A stretch of DNA of 23,819 nt. It comes from Candidatus Hydrothermarchaeales archaeon (GTDB lineage Archaea; Hydrothermarchaeota; Hydrothermarchaeia; Hydrothermarchaeales; JAZGAD01). The notes beneath the pieces were generated by a model that searched no databases, was not told the origin of the DNA, and saw nothing but the letters and a program-made list of their open reading frames with translations. The first letter of the stretch is position 1. Every line of letters begins with the position of its first letter. The stretch is taken from contig JAZGAD010000013.1 in NCBI GenBank assembly GCA_036444275.1, positions 1 through 23,819 on the forward strand, in the 5' to 3' direction. The translations under genes were made by a program, and so were the position numbers. Below, in pieces: positions 17,394 to 23,819 of this stretch.

Positions 17394-17900
17394 ATAAAGG
17401 CTGTCTTGAACTCAACTCCATTGATCTACCTCGGGAAGGTCGGGAAGCTGGAGCTTTTGAAAGATTACGACGAGGTTTTTATTTCTCCAACGGTCTATGA
17501 GGAGACCGTCAGCAAAGGCATTGAGAAAGGCTTCCTCGACGCGAAGATTATTCAAAAGGCCGTCGATGGGGGCATGGTTAAATTAAAAAAACTTAATACA
17601 GAGCAGAGCAAAGAAGCGCTGGAACTAACGAAATTCGCAGGTATAGAGCTCGGCGAGGCTGAGGCGATCATACTTGCAAAGGACTTGAAAGCAGAGCTAC
17701 TGATAGACGACGTTGTCGCCCATGGCGTTGGGAGGACCTTTGGGATGGAACCCTTATGGACCACTAGCTATATCTTAAAGTTAGTCAGTAAAGAGAGGCT
17801 CACCAAAACTGGGGCTAGAGAGATCATAGAAAAACTCGTAGAAGCCGGCTATCGAATAAGCGAAGACGTACTTGTAGAAGTCCTACGAAGACTAGGTTGA
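17394..17900 (+). CDS. DUF3368-type PIN-domain toxin (VapC-like); start uncertain (ATA at 17394 or TTG at 17406)
   Basis: KAVLNSTPLIYL, VYEE, LGEAEAIILA, LLIDD and GYRIS. Paired with the UPF0175 gene. Confidence 0.85.
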   Translation: MKAVLNSTPLIYLGKVGKLELLKDYDEVFISPTVYEETVSKGIEKGFLDAKIIQKAVDGGMVKLKKLNTEQSKEALELTKFAGIELGEAEAIILAKDLKAELLIDDVVAHGVGRTFGMEPLWTTSYILKLVSKERLTKTGAREIIEKLVEAGYRISEDVLVEVLRRLG

Positions 17901-17936
17901 ATACTCTTTTAAAGTGGGCGAACGCCATTACGCATA

Positions 17937-18173
17937 CTATTCCTGCGGCTTTGAAGCAGGCGTATACCCAGTAACAACATTATTACTCTGGATAAAATAC
18001 AGTGGAAACCCAGTTATAGGGTCCTTTTCTTCTGTCCTAAAGATGCTTGTTACAATGATCTTAAGCCGTAAGACATTGCCGTCACTCAAGCTGTACTCGT
18101 TCCACTCTTCCTTCATCGGCTCGAAGTCAATCTGCTCAGCTTCTACAACTCTTCCACCCATATTTATTTTCAT
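17937..18173 (-). CDS. Small beta-rich hypothetical protein, last gene of the methyltransferase/AAA operon
   Basis: 78 aa with EEWNEYSLSDG...DPITGFPLY; strong GAGGAGGT Shine-Dalgarno; 11 bp after the AAA stop. Confidence 0.8.
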   Translation of the reverse strand: MKINMGGRVVEAEQIDFEPMKEEWNEYSLSDGNVLRLKIIVTSIFRTEEKDPITGFPLYFIQSNNVVTGYTPASKPQE

Positions 18174-18184
18174 TTTGTACCTCC

Positions 18185-19066
18185 TCAGAAATTGTACTTG
18201 TGGATGCAGTCTTCACCATATATTTTATCATATCCACGTACCATCACCGGTGTCAACCATGGTCTAACTTTCCCCAATGCATATTCCAAATCATCGGCAG
18301 ACAGCACTACTGAATCATTGTCTTTTCCCAATACATGTAGCTTCGCCTTTCTGCAAAGTGCCTCTATATCCCAGCCCACGTAGTACTCTGTCTGCTTCAC
18401 CAGCTTCTTTAAGTCAACACTGGGGAGCTTCGCGTCCTTCAAATAGTACTTGAATATCTCCAGCCTATCCTCCTCGCCTGGCCTAGGAACATAAATCTTC
18501 CTCCCCAGCATGCTCGTCCTCGTGAACGCTTGATCTAACACATCGATGCGGTAGCACGAAGCAGCTACAATAACATCAGGCATAGACGCGACCTTCTCAA
18601 CCTCCTCATGCACAGCACGGTGCACTTCGTCGCTCCCAAATTTATCAGGCTTGCCACTGGTAGAGCTGTCGTCCCAAGCATAATCAACATCCTTCCTCGG
18701 ACAGAGCCAATCGATGTCCATCAAGTGCAATACACAAGGCCTGTTCTCCACGGCGAACTTAAAGCCGTCTCTAATTACCCTCGGGTGATCTGTACATTCC
18801 CTACCTCTGATTATTACGTAGCTCACCCCAGCTTCTCCAGCAGCGGCCTCAATCATGTGCCCCTTGCCAGTACCAAGCGGTCCCCAGACGACCACGCCTG
18901 TTGGAGGAGTTATACCAGCGCGCTCCAACACCTCTGGATATACTAGGGGCACTACAATCATGTCATTGAACTTCTCCTTCACAGAAGCGTAGCCAGCTAT
19001 CTGGTCGAAACTGAACTTGGGATTCCTGACGTCCAAATAGGTGTGCTCATAAACCTTAGCCTTCAT
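18185..19066 (-). CDS. Single-domain Cdc48-like AAA+ protein; Walker A Lys kept, Walker B and Arg finger degenerate
   Basis: GVVVWGPLGTGKG, PCVLHLMDID, ASCYRID, FTRTSMLGRKIYVPRP and YVGWDIEALCRKA. Confidence 0.85.
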   Translation of the reverse strand: MKAKVYEHTYLDVRNPKFSFDQIAGYASVKEKFNDMIVVPLVYPEVLERAGITPPTGVVVWGPLGTGKGHMIEAAAGEAGVSYVIIRGRECTDHPRVIRDGFKFAVENRPCVLHLMDIDWLCPRKDVDYAWDDSSTSGKPDKFGSDEVHRAVHEEVEKVASMPDVIVAASCYRIDVLDQAFTRTSMLGRKIYVPRPGEEDRLEIFKYYLKDAKLPSVDLKKLVKQTEYYVGWDIEALCRKAKLHVLGKDNDSVVLSADDLEYALGKVRPWLTPVMVRGYDKIYGEDCIHKYNF

Positions 19067-19082
19067 TTATTCCCTCGATGAA

Positions 19083-19943
19083 TCAATACATGTAGCGGTG
19101 TTTGCACTCTTCCCTAAAGATCTCTTCATGGTGCTTCACCACAGCTGGGTCAAGAGCTGGTGGAACCTTCTTCACAGCGTCTTTAAAGTGCGTCAACGCT
19201 ACCTCCTGAAAGTCGTCACCCTTATCTTTTATCGCCAGCAATGCTGCCTCCCTAACCAGTGATAGGAGGTCACCTGAGGAATAGCTCTCTGTCATCTCTG
19301 CTAGTTTTTCTAGCGACACATCCTCGCATATGGGCATATTCTTAAGGGACAATTTGAAAATCTCGATCCGATCGTAGTAGTCTGGGGCAGGAACATACAC
19401 CTTGCGGTCTATCCTCCCATTCCTGAGCAGAGCTGGATCTAGGAGTTCCGGGCGCTGTGTGGCGCCAAGCGTGATCACGTCTTCACGTTTTGCTATCTTG
19501 TCTATCTCTGAAAACAAAAGCCTAGTAATAACAGAAGAAGCCCACTTCTCATCTGCCGTCTCTACCTCCCGCCTTGGGGCTAGAATCTCTATATCACCAA
19601 TGAAAACGACACATGGAGCTAATTCAGATGCCTTCTCATACAAGGTGGAAATATGCTCATTATCCCCCATTAGATCCATAGCCTTCGCTGAGATGTAGTT
19701 ACAGCCTGCAGATTCCGCCGCTGCTTCACCAAGGGCACCAAAACCACTGTTAGAAGGCCCCCACATTAGCACGCCTATATGTGGCTTAACACCGGCCTTC
19801 TTAAAGGTCTCTGGGTACTTCAAAGGCAGGGATACTAGTTCCTCCAGGCGTTCCTTTACCTCCTTGAATCCAGCTATAGCTTCCCAGGACAACTTAGGCT
19901 CCTTCACCTTGAAATATTCCCCTGGGTCAAGCACTTCACACAT
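19083..19943 (-). CDS. Single-domain Cdc48-like AAA+ protein; Walker A Lys lost, Arg finger intact
   Basis: GVLMWGPSNSGFG, PCVVFIGDIE, GATQRPELLDPALLRNGRIDRKVYVPAPD and YSSGDL. Confidence 0.88.
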   Translation of the reverse strand: MCEVLDPGEYFKVKEPKLSWEAIAGFKEVKERLEELVSLPLKYPETFKKAGVKPHIGVLMWGPSNSGFGALGEAAAESAGCNYISAKAMDLMGDNEHISTLYEKASELAPCVVFIGDIEILAPRREVETADEKWASSVITRLLFSEIDKIAKREDVITLGATQRPELLDPALLRNGRIDRKVYVPAPDYYDRIEIFKLSLKNMPICEDVSLEKLAEMTESYSSGDLLSLVREAALLAIKDKGDDFQEVALTHFKDAVKKVPPALDPAVVKHHEEIFREECKHRYMY

Positions 19944-19980
19944 CTATCAACACCTACATATTTGCTCCAAAATTTTCCAT

Positions 19981-21036
19981 CTAACTACCGTATTTCCTCG
20001 CAGCTTCTACCAGTGCATGGATATTTTCAAAGGGCGTTCCAGAATGTAGACCACAGCTACTGGAGACAATGTAGCCTTTTTTTCCAGCTCCCTGGATGCA
20101 CTCCTTGACCTTTGAATCTATATCCTCCTTGCTTCCCTTGAATATTAATTCTACGGAGACATTCCCAAATAATGCAACCTTGCTCCCTACTTTTTCCCGA
20201 GCTTGCTCTAGCGGGACACTCTCGTCTATGCTCAGACACCTAGCCCCAGTAGTAGCGAGTTCCCCAAGTATCTCTGACGTGTCTCCGCATATGTGGATTA
20301 TTACGCTACCGCCATACTTCCCAAGAGCAGAGCACACCTTCTTCTCATAGGGATATGCGAACTCACGATAATGCCTGTGGGAGATAACCTGGCATGCAGC
20401 CGATGGGTCTTCCATCATTATCCCATGTGTACCAGTATCTATCTGCCTCTTGCCAACTTCTATCGCTATGTCAGCCATGAAGTCCAACAACTTGTGGGCA
20501 TCCCTAGGCGAGGTCACCAGATCAAACATAAAGTTCTCCATGCCACGCATCCACTCAGCAGCATAGTGAAAGGGAGCCGGAACCTTGCTGCAGATATAGA
20601 CTCTATCTTTCGTAAGTTCTAAAAGCGTAGCTAGCGGCTGCATTCGCTCGGCACTAAAGTCAGGCACCTCTAATTCGTCTAGGGTAGAATAGTCTTTCAG
20701 CGCTGGTTCAACTACAGCAGGTCCACCTTCCAGAGGTATCTTGAGCTTTGGGCCCAGCTCAGTTGGGAGTACTACGTAGCCATCTTTGGTTTCCATACTA
20801 CGCTTCTCCTTCTCGGTCACGCCCTGAATTGGCTGGTGATTAAAGATCCAATCATATTTGTACTTCTCCAGGGCTGCAAGCTGTCCCTTTACGTAGAGCT
20901 CGTTGTCAGTCACGTATTCCCACGGCTTAACTCCTAAAACCTTGGAGGCATGAGGCACATTCACCATAGGTGCAACCGGTACCAAGTCAGGCTCTTGTAG
21001 GTCCATTGCAGCCTGAAAACGCTCCCTCGAATTCAT
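19981..21036 (-). CDS. MtaA/CmuA (UroD superfamily) Zn-dependent methylcobamide methyltransferase
   Basis: MNSRERF...PDLVPVAP, the HICG Zn motif, GNV and SSSCG. Start set at ATG 21036, 4 bp after the corrinoid gene stop. Confidence 0.85.
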   Translation of the reverse strand: MNSRERFQAAMDLQEPDLVPVAPMVNVPHASKVLGVKPWEYVTDNELYVKGQLAALEKYKYDWIFNHQPIQGVTEKEKRSMETKDGYVVLPTELGPKLKIPLEGGPAVVEPALKDYSTLDELEVPDFSAERMQPLATLLELTKDRVYICSKVPAPFHYAAEWMRGMENFMFDLVTSPRDAHKLLDFMADIAIEVGKRQIDTGTHGIMMEDPSAACQVISHRHYREFAYPYEKKVCSALGKYGGSVIIHICGDTSEILGELATTGARCLSIDESVPLEQAREKVGSKVALFGNVSVELIFKGSKEDIDSKVKECIQGAGKKGYIVSSSCGLHSGTPFENIHALVEAARKYGS

Positions 21037-21040
21037 ATTT

Positions 21041-21694
21041 TCATCTGCCTTTTGAGTGCATAGCCTGCAACTCACGCATAATCTCCTCGAACAAACGGAC
21101 TGCCTTCCCAGCATCGCTGGCATAGCCATTGGCTCCTATTCTCTTGCAATAGGGATCAGAAACTGCTGCACCACCGATGATGAATTTCACACTATCCTTC
21201 AAACCCTGTCTCTCAAACTCCTCGATTACTCCCTGCATCTTATCCATAGTGGTAGACATCATTGCCGAAAGAGCAACGACATCGGGCTTTATCTCTTTCA
21301 CCTGCTCCACAAAAGCTTTAACAGGTACATCCCTACCTAGGTTGTGGACCTCGAAGCCGGCGCCCTCCAAGAACATGGCTACCAAATTCTTGCCTATATC
21401 ATGAACGTCCCCCTCAACTGTGCCGATCACTACCCTGCCACGGTTGTCGTCGTCGCTGGTGAAAAGTCTAGGACGCAGCAACTCTAGTGCCTTCTGCATT
21501 GTATGGGCAGACAGCAATACTTCAGGCACAAAATACTCCCTGTTTTCGTATTTATTTCCAACTTCTTCCATACCGCTAGTCAGCTCTTGCAGGACCTCGT
21601 CAGCCTCACGCGTCTCCAAGGCATCCGCTACGAGTTTTGAGATTCTGGAAATATCTCCCTTTATTATAGCCTCCTCTATTGCATCAACTCTCAT
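21041..21694 (-). CDS. Corrinoid (B12-binding) methyltransferase protein, MtbC/MttC-like
   Basis: Cap domain with EYFVPEVLLSA; GTVEGDVHDIGKNLV (DxHxxG), LSAMM and IIGGA. Confidence 0.95.
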   Translation of the reverse strand: MRVDAIEEAIIKGDISRISKLVADALETREADEVLQELTSGMEEVGNKYENREYFVPEVLLSAHTMQKALELLRPRLFTSDDDNRGRVVIGTVEGDVHDIGKNLVAMFLEGAGFEVHNLGRDVPVKAFVEQVKEIKPDVVALSAMMSTTMDKMQGVIEEFERQGLKDSVKFIIGGAAVSDPYCKRIGANGYASDAGKAVRLFEEIMRELQAMHSKGR

Positions 21695-22706
21695 TAGCTA
21701 CCCTTACCATCTCTTTTATGTTATCTCCATTTGCATTGGCCGGTACCACACAACCAGAGCTAAGAACGACTTTATCCTGAAGTCTAACGACAGCCTCAGA
21801 TGCCCTTCTAACTTCTTCTTTGCTCCCGTCTACCAGCAATGCTGGAGAGACATTTCCCCAAACAGCTGTATGCTCATGCACCTGGACAATGTCCATAACT
21901 TCGTCCACGCTTATACAATCTGCACCTGTGGCAATCATATCTCCTAATATTTGCTTCACATCACCGCATATATGGAAGATTACAGGCACTTGGATCTCAT
22001 CTATCAGGGCTTTTTCATAAGGCAGAGCAAACTTTCGATAATCCCCGGGGGAGATTACGCTTCCAGAGGCAGCCGGGTCCTCGACGTAAAGAGCGTCTGC
22101 TCCAGCATCGACTTGGGCTTTCGCATATTGAGTACAGTACTCCAAAGCAAAGTCTAGGAATTCATATGCAGAGGCTTCATCGGTCTTCATAGCAAGTAGG
22201 AATGACTCTAAGTCGTATAGAAAGGTCGAAGCAAGGGTGAAGGGACAACGCATGTTGCCGCATACAAAGTCCTCTTCCTGCATTAGGCGGATAGGTGACA
22301 TACGCTCCTCGTCTGGCACTGGAATCTTGAGTTCTTTAAGTTCTTTACTAGAGGATACAGCGCTCTTCACCAACTGCGGCTGTCCCTGCGGGAAGACCTT
22401 GTATTTCACGCCTAGCTCTAGTGTAAGGATAGCATGATCGCTAGAGAACTCTACTCCCTCCCTTTCTTTTCCTGTTACTGCGCCAAAGAATTGATGAGCC
22501 CACACCCAATCGTAGCCGTAATATTCCCGTGCATGAATCTGTGCTTGGGCATATCTCTCGCTGTCAAGGAGATATTCGAGAGGTTTAATTCCAGAAAGCT
22601 TGGAGGAATGGCCGAGGTTTATAAGTGGTGCAACTGGAACGCGGTCTGTGACCTTGCCAAAAATTGACTCCAGAACGATCATGTCTTTATGTCTATGAAA
22701 GAACAT
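21684..22706 (-). CDS. Second MtaA/CmuA (UroD superfamily) methyltransferase
   Basis: DRVPVAP, CPFTLA, EDPAASGSVISP, FHICGD, WGNVSP and SSGC. Overlaps the corrinoid gene start by 11 bp. Confidence 0.85.
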   Translation of the reverse strand: MFFHRHKDMIVLESIFGKVTDRVPVAPLINLGHSSKLSGIKPLEYLLDSERYAQAQIHAREYYGYDWVWAHQFFGAVTGKEREGVEFSSDHAILTLELGVKYKVFPQGQPQLVKSAVSSSKELKELKIPVPDEERMSPIRLMQEEDFVCGNMRCPFTLASTFLYDLESFLLAMKTDEASAYEFLDFALEYCTQYAKAQVDAGADALYVEDPAASGSVISPGDYRKFALPYEKALIDEIQVPVIFHICGDVKQILGDMIATGADCISVDEVMDIVQVHEHTAVWGNVSPALLVDGSKEEVRRASEAVVRLQDKVVLSSGCVVPANANGDNIKEMVRVANES

Positions 22707-22785
22707 ATAAATTTTTAATTAAGTGATTATTGATGTATATTGAGCAAGTTGTATTTTAAATCAAAGTATAGAGAGATGTCTAAGT

Positions 22786-23819
22786 ATGTTTACAGATTTT
22801 AAAAGCCAAACAGAAAGCGTGGTCCTACAAATCTTGAAAAAACATAGTCTAGAGGCTGAGATAATCCTAGAAGAACCGCCTTCGGGGTTTGGAGAACTGG
22901 CAACTCCTATATGCTTTGACTTGGCATCGGTGTTGAAGAAATCCCCCAAGGATATAGCAGAGGAATTCACTCTAGCAGCCGATATCTCTAAAGCTTCGTT
23001 CATTAGGGCGGTGAAAGCTGTAAATGGCTACCTCAATTTTTACCTAGATTACGAGAAATTCACCCCCATCTTGATCAAGGAGCTAAGGGCACTTGATAAG
23101 GACTATGGGAGGATGAAAAAGAAGGAGAAAGTAATACTAGAGCACACTTCAGCTAATCCAGATGGAGCACTCCACATCGGTCATGGGCGGAATGCAGTAA
23201 TAGGCGATACCCTAGCTAGGATAATGCGTTTCGCAGGCTACGACGTGGAGACCCAGTTTTATGTCAATGATATGGGAAAGCAGCTCGCCATAGTGGTCTT
23301 CGGCCTGCGGAAACTGAAGCTTGACAGATCCAAGAAGAAGGACCACGCCATAGCAGAGGTTTATGCTAAGGCAAATTCTATGCTAGAGGAAGATGCAAGT
23401 TGCGAAGAAGAAATATCTAAGCTCCTGAGAGACTACGAAGATGGGGATGAAGGTGTAAAAAAAGAATTTGAGGATGCATCTGGATACTGTCTGGAGGGTA
23501 TAAAGGAGACACTTGGCCGGATGGGGGTAACATACGATTCCTTCGTGTGGGAGAGCCGATTTGTCAGGGACTTATCTGTCAAGAAGATTTTAGACAGATT
23601 AAAGAAGGTGAAATACGCCAAGAGTGAGGAGGTCCTTTATCTCGACTTGAAGAGCTTCGGCATCGACAAGGAGCTGATTCTCACCAGGAAGGATGGGACC
23701 TACTTGTATACCACACGGGATATTGCATACCACATATGGAAGTCAGAGAAGGGCATGGTCATCGATGTATTGGGGGCTGACCACAAGCTTGTTGCAAAGC
23801 AGTTGCAGGCTGTGATGAA
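22786..23819 (+). CDS. argS: Arginine--tRNA ligase; 3' end lies outside the window
   Basis: Not in the ORF track. ATG at 22786 gives MFTDFKSQ...GELATPICFDLA...NGYLNFY...EHTSANPDGALHIGHGRNAVIGD...YVNDMGKQ...RKDGTYLYTTRDIAYH. Confidence 0.96.
   Translation, partial: MFTDFKSQTESVVLQILKKHSLEAEIILEEPPSGFGELATPICFDLASVLKKSPKDIAEEFTLAADISKASFIRAVKAVNGYLNFYLDYEKFTPILIKELRALDKDYGRMKKKEKVILEHTSANPDGALHIGHGRNAVIGDTLARIMRFAGYDVETQFYVNDMGKQLAIVVFGLRKLKLDRSKKKDHAIAEVYAKANSMLEEDASCEEEISKLLRDYEDGDEGVKKEFEDASGYCLEGIKETLGRMGVTYDSFVWESRFVRDLSVKKILDRLKKVKYAKSEEVLYLDLKSFGIDKELILTRKDGTYLYTTRDIAYHIWKSEKGMVIDVLGADHKLVAKQLQAVM

Noticed and set aside
18185-19943. A single cdc48 gene split by a frameshift
   Set aside because: Each ORF has its own start, Shine-Dalgarno-like sequence and matching C-terminal tail, and there is no N-domain. 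Two paralogous genes fit better.
19944-19983. Pyrrolysine readthrough of the TAG ending the MtaA-like gene
   Set aside because: The protein is already full length, a second TAG follows after eight codons, the AAA gene is out of frame, and MtaA-family proteins are not Pyl enzymes.
21037-21129. Cys-rich N-terminal extension on the 382-aa ORF, a possible Fe-S motif
   Set aside because: It overlaps the corrinoid gene in another frame; the family-typical start is MNSRERF at 21036.
15504-22785. tRNA-His-anchored genomic island
   Set aside because: No integrase, and I found no duplicated tRNA 3' end before argS. Composition looks like the host.
108-23621. Many 60-175 aa ORFs antisense to or overlapping the called genes (e.g. 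828..1115, 10137..10532, 12787..13305, 21420..21947, 22761..23003)
   Set aside because: Shadow frames of well-supported genes; Ser/Phe-rich, with no recognisable motifs.
1-23819. CRISPR array, rRNA or transposase
   Set aside because: No regularly spaced repeats, rRNA-like sequence or transposase motifs were seen.

Overview
Archaeal chromosomal segment, euryarchaeal-like; a Hydrothermarchaeota-type organism is a guess from gene content only. Housekeeping content: an archaeal mevalonate-pathway cluster (aconitase X large subunit running off the left edge, a UbiD-family decarboxylase, ubiX), sppA with a membrane-anchored partner, an HD hydrolase, yjbQ, archaeal thrS, moaC-moaB-moaA, tRNA-His(GTG) and argS running off the right edge. 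Accessory content: three toxin-antitoxin pairs and two AT-rich inserts. Two candidates stand out. (1) An integrase-less integron remnant at about 10.56-12.6 kb, with an attI-like site, one cassette whose ends are complementary, a 94-bp attC-like hairpin and a Phd/ParE module. (2) A six-gene minus-strand operon (22706 to 17937): two MtaA/UroD-family Zn methyltransferases flank a corrinoid protein and are followed by two single-domain Cdc48-like AAA+ paralogues with reciprocally degenerate catalytic motifs and a small conserved-looking protein. This is a candidate undescribed heteromeric AAA+ accessory system for corrinoid methyl transfer. All calls are by eye from motifs; no searches were run.
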